Positions 12,001 through 27,000 of a stretch of 64,000 nt of DNA are shown piece by piece. A program made the translations under genes and the position numbers. The notes under the pieces are model-generated. The model made no database searches. It saw only the letters and a list, made by a program, of their open reading frames with translations, and had not been told where the DNA came from. The number at the start of each line of letters is the position of its first letter. The first letter of the stretch is position 1. This DNA comes from Antedon mediterranea (Eukaryota; Animalia; Echinodermata). The stretch covers positions 11,385,888 through 11,449,887 of the forward strand of contig NC_092676.1 of NCBI RefSeq assembly GCF_964355755.1, written 5' to 3'.

Positions 12001-15000
12001 CTCGTCAATGTGACGAGTTTCATGTCTAGTCTTCTTTCTTTCTGTCATTTTTGTGTCTCGCGTAACTCAAAAACGTGTAAACATAACATTTCATAACTTT
12101 GTCAACATGTGGGCATTTACGTGAAATTGTGCACCTCCTATTTTTTAATTACGTCAGAGTTGCGCAACATGACTTACGCGCGTTTTTCCGAATTTCGCGT
12201 ATTTAACATAGATCAAAAACCATATAACAATTTAAATTGAAACTGAAAAAAAGTTTAAGTTATATCTTGCGCTAACTGACTATGGGGAAAAAATGGCATG
12301 GTTCACACGAAGTTACGCGCGCACGCGCGTTTAAAATTTCAAATTGCGAAAAATCAATTTCTAATCAACTTTCTACGCGTTTCATGTCATTTTAAGCATG
12401 TAAAAAATTCCCACGCGTGCGCTTTTTTTTACGCGCGCGGTGCGAACGTAGCGTTGAAAACAATTTTTCTCTCGTGATTTATGTTTTCAAGCCTTTTATA
12501 GTAATTTTACCAACTTTGAAACAATTTCGACTTCAAATTACGTCATACGGGCACGTCGAATTGGATAATTTATGTGCGTTTTTGAGGAAAAAGTTCAAAA
12601 ATTTGTAAAAATTATACCTTTTTTTAAACAATCATAGATTCTAAACTACGAGGTGAACTTTGTTTAAATTACATATCCAGGAAGATAATAAGTTGTAGAT
12701 AAGGAATCATGCATTGATATGGCAAACCGGACATTGTGACGTCATCGTATGGCCACACAAATATAAAATATAGGATTTTTGTATCTTCCGTCATAGCGCA
12801 TCTCATTTAATAGAGCGCCTCTCCACTTATCCGTATTCCATTTTAACCCAGATTTTGAAATTTTCTAGGTCAATCAACTATCTTACACAAGAGTAAAATT
12901 TTTTTTCATTTTTATGACGTCATCATGTCTAAAAATGTAAATAACGTGGGTCACTTATATTTATCTTTACAGTAAATTTTAATCTGTTATAGCTCATCAG
13001 AATAAAATGTGATAATCACGATTAAAACGTTTTCTGGAAGCTATTGGATTGTAGATACGAATTCATGTAAACATTTTGCCAATCGGATGTTCTGACGTCA
13101 TCATATGGCCAGTTGAATAAAAAAAGACGTATTTTCATATTTTGCGTAATAGTTCATCACATTTAAAAGGGTGCGCATCTATATTTTACGTATTCAAATT
13201 TCTTCTACACGTTAATATGTTGTTCCTGAGATAATTTCCTTCTGAAATTGCTATCTAAGTGTTTCATTTTGATACCGTCGCCATGTTAAAAATTGGAATA
13301 AATGGCGGGTCCCGTAATTTCACCTATTCTACACTGTATGTAATATGTATACAGATTTATACTGTTTGCATGTATATACTATATGACACAAAATTGACAG
13401 AATTCAGCACTAACAGCATATCATAGTCTTCAGTTCAGGTCATAATGCCATAATCTTTCATGTCTAGTTAGTTATCCGCTTAGTAGCGGATAACTTCTTG
13501 TAATCGTCCTGTTAAAATTTCCCACGTGCGCGAACAATTTTATGCGCGTGGTGCGCACGTAGCGCTAAAAGTATTTTTTTTTATTGAATTATGTTTTTCC
13601 AGCCTTTTATAGTAATTTTACCAATTTTAAAACAATTTCGACTTACAATTACGTCATACGGGCACGTTGAATTGGATACTTTACGTGCGTTTTTGATGAA
13701 AAAGTTAAAAAATTTGTCAAAATTATGCCTTTTTTTAAACAGTCATAGATTCTAAACAACGAGGTGAACTTTTTTTTAATTACATATTCTGGAAGTTGAT
13801 GAGTTGTAGAAATCGGATCATGAATCAATATGGCTAACCGGACATTGTGACGTCATCGTATGGCCACACGAATGTAAAATATAGGATTTTTGTCTCTTTC
13901 GTTATTGCTCATCATATTCAATGGAGCGCATTACGCCTATCTGTATTCCTTTTTCTCTGAGATTTTAATATTGTCTAGGTCAATCAACTATCTTACGCAT
14001 GAGTTAAAAATATTTTAATTTTTATGACGTCACCATGCCTAAAAATTTTAATTAACAGCGTCATTAATTTCATCTTTACAGTAAATTTTAATCTGTTATA
14101 GCTCGTAAGAATAAAATGTGATAATCACGATTAAAACGTTTTCAGGAAGCTATGGGATTGTAGATACGAAATCATGTGAACTTTTCGCCAATCAGATGTT
14201 GTGACGTCATCATATGGCCAGTTAAATAAACAAAGTCATATTTTCATCTTTTGCGTCATAGTTCATTACATTTAAAAAAGCGCGCATTAATATTTCACGT
14301 ATTCAAATTTCTTCTAAACGTTAATATGTTGTTGCTGAGATAATTTTCTTCCGAAATTACTACAGTACCTTCGCGTTTCCTTTTGAAAATTAAAATAAAA
14401 TACGGGTCCCGTAATTTCACCTATTTTACACTGTTTGTGACATGTATACAGATTATACTGTGTATACTATATGACAGAAAATATACAGCATTCAGCACTA
14501 ACAACACATCATATTCTTCAGTTCAGGTCATAATGACATAATCTTTTTCGGTGTGCAATATTCCAACGTATGACGTGCACGTGGCGTTTGTCGTGGTGCG
14601 GATAACTAACTCGTCAAAGTGACGAGTTTCATGTCTAGTTTTTTCTTTCCTTCTCCCTCATTTTTGTGTCTCACGTATCTCAAAAACTTGTAAACATAAC
14701 ATGTTATAACTTTGTCAGCATGAGGGCATTCACGTGAAGTTGTGCACCTCCTATTTTTGAATTATGTCAGAGTTGCGCAACATGACTTACGCGCGATTTT
14801 ATGAATTTCACATATTTAACATAGGTCAAAAACCAAATAACATTTTAAATTGAAACTTTGCAAAAGTTTAATTTATATCATGCGCTAACTTTTTGTTGAA
14901 AAAAAAATGCGTGTTTTACAAAAAGTTATGCGCGTACGCGCATTTAAAATTTCAAAATGCGCAAAATTAATTTCTAATCAACTTTCTACGCGTTTCATGT

Positions 15001-18000
15001 CATTTTGAGAATGTCAAAAATTCCCAGGCGCGCGCAAATTTTTACGCGCGCGGAGCACACGTACCGTTAAAAACAGATTTTTTCGCGTGATTTATGTTTT
15101 TTCAGCCTTTTCTAGTAATTTTACCAACTTTTAAACAATTTCGACTTCAAATTACGTCATACGGGCACGTCGAATTGGATAATTTATGTGCGTTTTTGAT
15201 GAAAAAGTTCAAAAATTGGTCAAAATTTTTCAAAATTATACCTTTTTTTAAACAGTCGTAGTTTCTAAACTAAACGGTAAAAGTTATTTTTATTACGTAT
15301 TTTGGAAGATGATGAGTTGTAGATCATGTATCATGCATCAATACGGCTTACCGGACATTGTGACGTCATCGTATGGCCATGCGAATATAAAAAATAGAAT
15401 TTTTGTATCTTTCATCATAGCTCATCACATTTAATAGAGCGCATCTCCAATTATCTGTTTTCCATTTTCACCCCGATTTTTATATTATCTAGTTCAATCA
15501 ACTATCTTTCGCATGAGTTAAAATATTTTAATTTTTATGACGTCATCATGTCTAAAAATGAAAATAACGTGGGCCACTTATTTTCATCTGTACAGTAAAT
15601 TTCAATCTGTTATAGCTCGTCAGAATAAAACGTGATAATCATGATTAAAACGTTTTCTGGAAGCTATTGGATTGTAGATACGAATTCATGTAAACATTTT
15701 GCCAATCGGATGTTGTAACGTCATCATATGGCCAGTTGAATAAAAAAAGTTGTATTTTCATATTTTGCGTAATAGTTCATCACATTTAAAAGGGCGCGCA
15801 TCTATATTTTACGTATTCAAATTTCTTCCACACGTTTATATGTTGTTGCTGAGATAATTTCCTTCCGAAATTGCTATCTTAGTGTTTCATTTTGATACCA
15901 AAGCCGTGTTAAAAATAAGTATAAACGGGGGGACCCGTAATTTCACCTATTCTACACTGTATGTAACATGTATACAGATTATACCGTTTGCACTGTATAT
16001 ACTATATGACACAAAATTGACAGAATTCAGCACTAACAGCATATGATATTCTTCAGTTCAGGTCATAATGTCATAATCTTTTTCCGTGTGCAAAATTCCA
16101 ACGTATGACGTGCGTGTGGCGTTTGTCGTGCGGATAACTAACTCGTCAAAGTGACGAGTTTCATGTCTAGTACTTCTTTCCTTCTGTCATTTTTGTGCGT
16201 CGCGTTTCTCTAAAACTTGTAAACAGAACATATCGTAACTTTGTCAACATATCGACATTTACGTGAACTTGTGCACCTCCTATTTTTGAATGACGTCAGA
16301 GTTGCGCAACGTGACTTACGTGCGATTTTATGAATTTCAATGATTGATCATAGACTAAAAACGAAACATAATTTTGTTTTGACACCTTGTGAAAATTTAA
16401 GTCACATCAAGCGCAAACTTTCTATGGATTAAAAATAGCATGTTTCACAAAAAGTTACGCGCACATGCGCGTTTAAAATTTTAGAGTGCGAAAAATCAAC
16501 TTCTAATCAACTTTCTATGCGTTTCATGTCATTTTGAGCATGTCAAAAATTCCCATGCGCGTGAAACTTTTTACGCACGCGGTACACACGTAGCGTTAAA
16601 AACATATTTTTTTCGCGTGATTTATGTTTTTTCAGCCTTTTATAGTAATGTTACCAACTTTTAAACAATTTCGACTTAAAATTACGTCATACGAGCACGT
16701 CGAATTAAATAATTTGCACGCGTTTCTGGTGAAAAAGTTCAAAAATTCGTCAAAATTATGCCTATTTTTAAACAGTCATAGATTCTAAACTACATGGAGA
16801 ACTTTTTTTAAATTACATATTCTGGAAGTTGATGAGTTGTAGATATCGAATCATGCATTAATATGGCTAACCGGACATTGTGACGTCATCGTATGGCCAC
16901 GCGAATATAAAATATAGGATTTTTGTCTCTTTCGTCATAGCTCATCACATTTAATAGAGCGCATCTCCACTTATTCGTTGTCCATTTTCACCCCGATTTT
17001 AATATATTCTAGGTCAATCAACTATCTTTTACATGAATTAAAAATTTTTTAATTTTTTTAACGTCATCATGCCTAAAAATTTAAATTACATTGGTCATTA
17101 ATTTCATCTTTACAGTAAATTTTAATCTGTTATAGCTCGTAAGAATAAAATGTGATAATCACGATTAAAACGTTTTCAGGAAGCTATTGTATAGTAGATA
17201 CAAAATCATGTGAAAATTTTGCCAATCGAATGTTGTGACGTTATCATATGGCCAGTTAAATACAAAAAGTCGTATTTTCATCTTTTGCGTTATATTTCAT
17301 TACATTTAAAAGAGCGCGCATCAATATTTCACGTATTCCAATTTCTTCTACACGTTAATATGTTGTTGCTGAGATAATTTCATTCTGAAATTTCTACTTT
17401 TGCATTTCATTTTGAAACCGTCAAGATGTTAAAAATTACAATAAAATACGGGTCCCGTAATTTCACCTATTTTACACTGTTTGTGATATGTTTACAGATT
17501 GTACTGTGTATACTATGTATATGACACAAAATAACAGAATTCAGAAATAACAACATATCATATTCTTCAGTTCAGGTCATAATGCCTTAATATTTTTCTG
17601 TGTGCAATATTCTAACGTATGACGTGCACGTGGCGTTTGTCGAGCGGATAACTAACTCGTCAAAGTGACGAGTTTCATGTCTAGTTTTTTTTTTTAGTTA
17701 TCCGCTTAGTAGCGGATAACTCCTTGTAATCGTCCTGTTACTTTTTTTTTTTTTTTTTTTTTTTTTTCTTATTTCTTTCTCCCTCATTTTTGTGCCTCAC
17801 GTATCTCAAAAACTTGTAAACATAACATTTCATAACTTTGTCAACATATGGGCATTTACGTGAAGTTGTGCACCTCCTATTTTTGAATGACGTCAGAGTT
17901 GCGCAACGTGACTTACGTGCGATTTTATGATTTTTTATGATTGATCATAGACTAAAAACCAAGCATAAATTTGATTTGACACTTTGTGAAAATTTAAGTC

Positions 18001-21000
18001 ATATCAAGGGCAAACTTTTTGTGGATTAAAAATGCCATGTTTTACAAGACGTTACGCGCGCACGCGCATTTCTCCTCTATTTTTGTATCTCGCGTATCTC
18101 AAAAACGTGTAAACATAACATTTCATAACTTTGTCAACATATGGGCATTCACGTGAAGTTGTGCACCTCCTATTGTGAATGACGTCAGAAATGCGCAACG
18201 TGACTTACGCACGATTTTATGAATTTCGCGTATTTAACATAGATTTAAAACCATATAACAATTTAAATTGAAACTTAGCAAAACTTTAATTTATATCATG
18301 CGCTAACTTTTTGTGGAAAAAAATTGCGTGTTTTACACAAAGTTACGCGCGCACACGCATTTAAAATTCAAAATGCGCAAAATTAATTTTTAATCAACTT
18401 TCTACGCTGATCATGACATTTTGACCATGTCAAAATTTCCCACGCGCGCGAACAATTTTATGCGCGTGGTGCGCACGTAGCGCTAAAAGTATTTTTTTTT
18501 TATTGAATTATGTTTTTCCAGCCTTTTATAGTAATTTTACAAATTTTAAAACAATTTCGACTTACAATTACGTCATACGGGCACGTTGAATTGGATACTT
18601 TACGTGCGTTTTTGATGAAAAAGTTCAAAAATTTGTCAAAATTATGCCTTTTTTTAAACAGTCATAGATTCTAAACAACGAGGTGAACTTTTTTTTAATT
18701 ACATATTCTGGAAGTTGATGAGTTGTAGAAATCGGATCATGAATCAATATGGCTAACCGGACATTGTGACGTCATCGTATGGCCACACGAATGTAAAATA
18801 TAGGATTTTTGTCTCTTTCGTTATTGCTCATCATATTCAATGGAGCGCATCACGCCTATCTGTATTCCTTTTTCTCTGAGATTTTAATATTGTCTAGGTC
18901 AATCAACTATCTTACGCATGAGTTAAAAATATTTTAATTTTTATGACGTCACCATGCCTAAAAATTTTAATTAACAGCGTCATTAATTTCATCTTTACAG
19001 TAAATTTTAATCTGTTATAGCTCGTAAGAATAAAATGTGATAATCACGATTAAAACGTTTTCAGGAAGCTATGGGATTGTAGATACGAAATCATGTGAAC
19101 TTTTCGCCAATCAGATGTTGTGACGTCATCATATGGCCAGTTAAATAAACAAAGTCATATTTTCATCTTTTGCGTCATAGTTCATCACATTTAAAAAAGC
19201 GCGCATTAATATTTCACGTATTCAAATTTCTTCTAAACGTTAATATGTTGTTGCTGAGATAATTTTCTTCCGAAATTACTACTGTACCTTCGCGTTTCCT
19301 TTTGAAAATTAAAATAAAATACGGGTCCCGTAATTTCACCTATTTTACACTGTTTGTGACATGTATACAGATTATACTGTGTATACTATATGACAGAAAA
19401 TATACAGCATTCAGCACTAACAACATATCATATTCTTAATTCAGTTCAGGTCATAATAACATAATCTTTTTCGGTGTGCAATATTCCAATGTATGACGTG
19501 CACGTGGCGTTTGTCGTGCGGATAACTAACTCGTCAAAGTGACGAGTTTCATGTCTAGTTTTTCTTTCTTTCTCCTCTATTTTTGTGTCTCGCGTATCTC
19601 AAAAACGTGTAAACATAACATGTTATAACTTTGTCAGCATGAGATCATTCAGGTGAAGTTGTGCACCTCCTATTTTTGAATGACGTCAGAGTTGCGCAAC
19701 ATGACTTACGCGCATTTTTACGAATTTCGCCTATTTAACATAGATTGAAAACCATATAGCAATTTAAATTGAAACTTAACAAAAGTTTAATTGATATCTT
19801 GCGCTAACTGAATGTGAAAAAAAATTGGCATGTTTCACACGAAGTTACGCGTGCACGCGCGTTTAAAATTTCAAAATGCGAAAAATCAATATCTAATCAA
19901 CTTTCTACGCGTTTCATGTCATTTAGAGCATGTAAAAAATTCCCACGTGCGCTCAAATTTTTACGCGCGCGGTACGCACGTAGCGTTGAAAACAATTTTT
20001 TTTCGCGTGATTTATGTTTTTCCAGCCTTTTCTAGTAATTTGACCAACTTTTGAACAATTTCGACTTAAAATTACGTCATACGGGCACGTTGAATTGGAT
20101 AATTTACGTGCATTTTTTATGAAAAAGTTCAAAAAATCGTCAAAATTTGTCAAAATTATGCCCTTTTTTAAACAGTCGTAGTTCCTAAACTAAACGGTGA
20201 AAGTAATTTTTTTTGCATATTCTGAAAGTTGATGAGTTGTAGATTTTGGATCATGCATTAATATGGCTAACCGAACATTGTGACATCACCGTATGGCCAT
20301 GCGAATATAAAATATAGGATTTTTGTATCTTTCATCATAGCGCATGACATTTAATAGAGCGCATCTCCAATTATCTGTTTTCCATTTTTACCCCGATTTT
20401 TATATTATCTAGGTCAATCAACTATCTTTCGTATGAGTTAAAAATATTTTAATTTTTATGACGTCATCATGTCTAAAAATGTAAATAACGTGGGTCACTT
20501 ATTTTCGTCTTTACAGTAAATTTCAATCTGTTATAGCTCGTCAGAATAAAACGTGATAATCATGATTAAAACGTTTTCTGGAAGCTATTGGATTGTAGAT
20601 ACGAATTTATGTAAACATTTTGCCAATCGGATGTTGTGACGTCATCATACGACCAGTTAAATAAAAAAAGTCGTATTTTCATCTTTTGCGTCATAATTCA
20701 TCACATTTAAAAGAGCGCGCATCAATATTTTACGTATTTAAATTTCTTCTACACATTAATATGTTATTGCCGAGATAATTTCCTTCCGAAATTGCTATCT
20801 TAGTGTTTCATTTTGATACCGTCGCTATGTTAAAAATTTGAATAAATGGCGGGTCCAGTCATTTCACCTATTCTACACTGTATGTAATATGTATACAGAT
20901 TATATTGTATATATAATATGACACAAAATAACAGAATTCAGCAATAACAACATATCATATTCTTCAGTTCAGGTCATATTGCCATAATCTTTTTCTGTGT

Positions 21001-24000
21001 GCAATATTCTAACGTATGACGTCTACGTGGCCTTTGTCGTGCGGATAACTAACTCGTCAAAGTGACGAGTTACATGTCTAGTTCTTCTTTCTTTCTGTCA
21101 TTTTTGTGGGTCGCGTATCTCAAAAATGTGTAAACATAACATTTTATAACTTTGTCAACATGTGGGCATTTACGTGAACTTGTGCACCTCCTATTTTTGA
21201 ATGAAGTCAGAATTACGCAACGTGACTTACGCGCGATTTTATGAATTTCGCGTATTTGACATAGATTGAAAACCATATAACATTTTAATTTGAAACTTAT
21301 CAAAAGTTAAATTTATATCTTGCGCTAAGTTTTTGTGCAAAAAAAATTGCATGCTTTACACGAAGTGACGCGCGCACGCGCGTTTAAAATTTCAAAATGC
21401 GCAAAATTAATTTCTAATCAACTTTCTACGCGTTTCATGTCATTTTAAACATGTCAAAAATTCCCAGGCGCGCGCAAATTTGTACGCGCGCGGTACGCAC
21501 GTAGCGTTAAAAACATATTTTTTTCGCGTGATTTATGTTTTTTCAGCCTTTTCTAGTAATTTTACCAACTTTTAAACAATTTCGACTTCAAATTACGTCA
21601 TACGAGCACGTTGAATTGTACAATTTGTGCGCGTTTTTGATCAAAAAGTTCAAAAAATCGTAAAAATTATGCCTTTTTTTAAACAGTCGTAATTTCTAAA
21701 CTACACGATCAACTTTTTGTGGATGACATATTCTGGAATTTGATGAGTTGTAGATATCGGATCATGTATTAATATGACTAACCGGATATTGTGACGTCAT
21801 CGTATGGCCACGCGAATATAAAATTTAGGATTTTTGTATCTTTCGTCATAGCTCATCACATTTAATAGAGCGCATCTCCACTTATCCGTTTTCCATTTTC
21901 ACTTCGATTTTGATATTGTCTAGGACAGTCAACTATCTTTGGCACGAGTTTAAAAAAAATGTATTTTTATGACGTCATCATGCCTAAAACTTTTAATTAC
22001 TAGTGGCATTAATTTCATCTTTACAGTAAATTTTAATCTGTTATAGCTCGTAAGAATAAAATGTGATAATTACGATTAAAACGTTTTCTGGAAGCTATTG
22101 GATTGTAGATACAAAATCACGTGAAAATGTTGCCAATCGGATGTTGTGACGTCATCATATGGCCAGTTAAATAAAAAATGTCGTATTTTGATCTTTGCGT
22201 CATAATTCATTACATTTAAAAGACCGCGCATCAATATTTCACGTATTCAAATTTCTTCTACACGTTAATATTTTGTTGTTGAGATAATATCCTTCCGAAA
22301 TTGCTACCTTCGCGTTACATTTTAAAATGGTCAACATGTTAAAAATTGCAATAAATGACAGGTCCCAAAATTTCACTTATTCTACACTGTATGTAATATT
22401 TATACATATTATACTATATATTATACTATATGACACAAAATTGACAGAATTTAGCACCAACATATCATATTCTTCAGTTCAGGTCATAATGCCATAATTT
22501 TTTTCTGTGTGCAATATTCTAACGTATGACGTGCCCGTGGCGTTTGTCGTGCGGATAACTAACTCGTCAAAGTGACGAGTTACATGTCTAGTTCTTCTTT
22601 CTTTCTCGCTATTTTTGTGTAGAGCGTTTCTCTAAAATGTGTAAACATAACATTTTATAACTTTGACAACATGTGGGCATTTACGTGAAGTTGTGCACCT
22701 CCTATTTTTGAATTACGTCAGAGTTGCGCAACGTGACTTATGCGCGATTTTATGATTTTTTATGATTGATCATAGATTAAAAACTAAAAGTGATTTTTAA
22801 TTGACACTTTGTGAAAGTTTAATTTATATCATGCGCTAACTTTCTGTGTTTTACACAAAGTTACGCGCGCACGCGCATTTAAAATTTCAAAATGCGCAAA
22901 AATAATTTCTAATCAACTTTCTACGCGTTTCATGTCATTTTAAGCATGTACAAAATTACCGCGCGCGCGAAAAATATTACGCGCACGGTGTGCATAGAGC
23001 ATGAAAATCATGTTTTTTTCTCTTGAATTGTGATTTTCCAGCCTTTCCTAGTCATTTTCAAAAAGATTGACATCATTTCAAATTAAAATTACGTCATACG
23101 AACACGTTGATTTAGCCCATTTGCGCGCGTTTTAGTTGAAAAAGTTACAAAATGTTGTCAAAATTATGCCTATTTTGAATGTTTTATAGCTTCTCAGGAT
23201 CAACGATTACCCCTAATTTTTTTAACTTAATATATAAGCAGATATGTTGTAGATATGAATTCATGCAGAATTTTTACCTCACGGATGTTGTGACGTCATC
23301 ATATGGCCACACGAATGTAAAATATAGGATTTTTTTTGTCTTTCGTTATTGCTCATCACATTCAATGGAGCGCATCACGCTTATACGTATTTCTTTTTCT
23401 CCGAGATTTTAATATTGTCTAGGTCAATCAACTATCTTTCGCATGAGATAAAAAAATTTAAATTTGTATGACGTCATCATGCCTAAAAATTTAATTACGT
23501 GGGTCATTAATTTCATCTTTACAGTAAATTTTAATCTGTAATAGCCCGTCAAAATAAAATGTGATAATCACGATTCAAACATTTTCTGGAAGCTCTTGGA
23601 TTGTAGATATGAAATCATGTGAACATTTTGCCAATCAGATGCTGTGACGTCATCATATTGCCAGTTAAATAAAAAAAGTCGTATTTTCATCTTTTGCATC
23701 ATAGTTCATTATATTTAAAAGAGCGCGCATCAATATTAAACGTATTCAAATTTCTTCTACACGTTAATATGTTGTTGCTGAGATAATTTGCTTCCGAAAT
23801 TGCTATCTTAGTGTTTCATCTTGATACCGTCGCCATGTTACAAATTTGAATAAATGGCGGGTCCCGTAATTTCACCTATTCTACACTGTATGTAACATGT
23901 ATACAGATTATACTGTTTGCATGTATATACTATATGACACAAAATTGACAGAATTCAGCACTAACAACATATCATATTCTTCAGATCAGGTCATAATGCC

Positions 24001-27000
24001 ATAATTTTTTCTGTGTGCAATATTCTAACGTATGACGTGCACGTGGCGTTTGTCGTGCGGATAACTAACTCGTCAAAGTGACGAGTTACATGTCTAGTTA
24101 GTTATCCGCATTCAGCGGATAACTCCTTGTAACTGTCCTGGTTCTTTTTTTTCACATTATTCTTCGGTCTTTCTCTCTCACTTTTTGTGCAGAGCGTATC
24201 TCTAAAACGTGTTAACATAACATTTCATAACTTTGTCGACATATGGGCATTCACGTGAAGTTGTGCACCTCCTATTTTTGAATGACGTCAGAGTTGCGCA
24301 ACGTGACTTACGTGCGTTTTTATGAATTTCGCGTTTTTAACATAGATCAAAAACCATATAACAATTTAAATTGAAACTTAGCAAAAGTTTAATTTTTATC
24401 TTGCGCTAACTGTATGTAGAAAAAAAATGGCATGTTTCACAGAAAGTTACGCGCGCACGCGCATTTAAAATTTAAAAATGCGAAAAATCAATTTCTAATC
24501 AACTTTCTATGCGTTTCATGTCATTTTAAGCATTTAAAAAATTCCCAGGCGCGAGCAATTTTTTTACGCGCGCGCGCGCACGTAGCGCAAAAAAAATATT
24601 TTTTCTCATGATTTATGTTTTTCCAGCCTTTTCTAGTAATTTTACCAATTTTTAAACAATTTCGACTTAAAATCATGTCATACGAGCACGTAGAATTTAA
24701 TAATTTGCCCACGTTTTTGATGAAAAAGTTCAAAAATTCTTCAAAATTATGCCTTTTTTTAAACAGTCGTAGTTCCTAAACTAAACGGTGAAAGTTGTTT
24801 TTATTACATATTCTGGAAATTGATGAATTGTAGATATTGGATCATGCATTAATATGGCTAACCGGACATTGTGATGTCATCGTGGGGCCACGCGAATATA
24901 AAATACAGGATGTTTGTATCTTTCATCATAGCTCATTACATTTAATAGAGCGCATCTCCACTTATCTGTTTTCCATTTTTACCCCGATTTTTATATTATC
25001 TAGGTCAATCAACTATCTTTCACTTAAGTTAAACATATTTAAATTTTTATGACGTCATCATGTCTAAAAATGAAAATAACGTGGGTCATTTATTTTCATC
25101 TTTACAGTAAATTTCAATCTGTTATAGTTCGTCAGAATAGAACGTGATAATCATGATTAAAACGTTTTCTGGAAGCTATTGGATTGTAGATACGAATTCA
25201 TGTAAACATTTTTCCAATCGGATGTTGTGACGTCATCATATGGCCAGTTGAATAAAAAAAAGTCGTATTTTCATATTTTGCGTAATAGTTCATCACATTT
25301 AAAAGGGCGCGCATCTATATTTTACGTACTCAAATTTCTTGTACACGTTAATATGTGGTTGCTGAGATAATGTCCTTCCGAAATTGCTATCTTAGTGTTT
25401 CATTTTTATACCGTAGCCATGTTAAAAATAAGAATAAACGTGGGGTCCCGTAATTTCACCTATTCTACACTGTATGTAACATGTATACAGATTATACCGT
25501 TTGCACTGTATATACTATATGACACAAAATTGACAGAATTCAGCACTAACAGCATATGATATTCGTAAATTCAGGTCATAATGCCATAATCTTTTTCCGT
25601 GTGCAAAATTCCAACGTATGACGTGCGCGTGTCGTTTGTCGTGCGGATAACTAACTCGTCAAAGTGACGAGTTCAAATCTAGTTTTTTCTTATTTCTTTC
25701 TCCTCCATTTTTGTGTCTCGCGTATCTCAAAAACTTGTAAACATAACATTTCATAACTTTGTCAACATATGGGCATTTACGTGAAGTTGTGCACCTCCTA
25801 TTTTTGAATGACGTCAGAGTTGCGCAACGTGACTTACGCACGATTTTATGATTTTTTATGATTGATCATAGACTAAAAACCAAAAGTCATTTTGTTTTGA
25901 CACTTAGTGAAAATTTAAGTCATATCAAGGGAAAACTTTCTATGGATTAAAAATGGCATGTTTTACAAGAACTTACGCGCGAATGCGCATTTAAAATTTC
26001 AAAATGCGCAAAATTAATTTCTAATCAACTTTCTACGCTGATCAGGATATTTTGAGCATGTCAAAAATTCCCACGCGCGCGAAAAAATTTACGCGTAAGG
26101 TGCGCACGGAGCATGAAAACCATGTGTTTTTCACTTGAATTATGATTTTACAGCCTTTCTTAGTAATTTTTAAAAAGATTGACATCATTTCAAATTAAAA
26201 TGACGTCATATGAACACGTTGATTGAGACGTTTTAGTTGAAAAAGTTATAAAATATTGTCAAAATAATGCCTATTTTGAATCTATTATAGCTCTTCAGGA
26301 TCAAAGGTGACCTCAATTTTTTAAAACTTATTATGCAAGAAGATAAATTGTAGATATAAATTCATGCACAATTTTTACCTCTCGGATGTTATGACGTCAT
26401 CGTATGGCCACACGAATGTAAAAAATAGGATTTTTGTCTCTTTCGTTATTGCTCATCACATTCAATGGACCGCATCACGCTTATCCGTTTTCCATTTTCA
26501 CCCCGATTTTGATATTGTCTAGGTCAATCAACTATCTTTCGCATGAGTTAAAAATATTTTAATTTTTATGACGTCATCATACCAAAAAATTTAAATTACG
26601 TGTAGCATTAATTCCATCTTTACAGTAGATTTTAATCTGTTATAGCTCGTAAGAATAAAATGTGATAATCACGATTAAAACTTTTTCTGGAAGCTATTGG
26701 ATTGTAGATACGAAATTATGTAAAAATGTTGCCAATCGGATGTTGTGACGTCGTCATATGGCCAGTTTAATAAAAAAGGTCGTATTTTCATCTTTTGCGT
26801 CATAATTCATTACATTTAAAAGAGCGCGCATCAATATTTCACGTATTCAAATTTCTTCTACACGCTAATACGTTGTTGCTGAAATAATTTCCTTTCGGAA
26901 TTGCTACCTTCGCGTTTCATTTTAAAACTGTCAACATGTTAAAAATTGCAATAATTAGCGGGTCCCGTAATTTCACCTATTCTACACTGTATGTGATATG

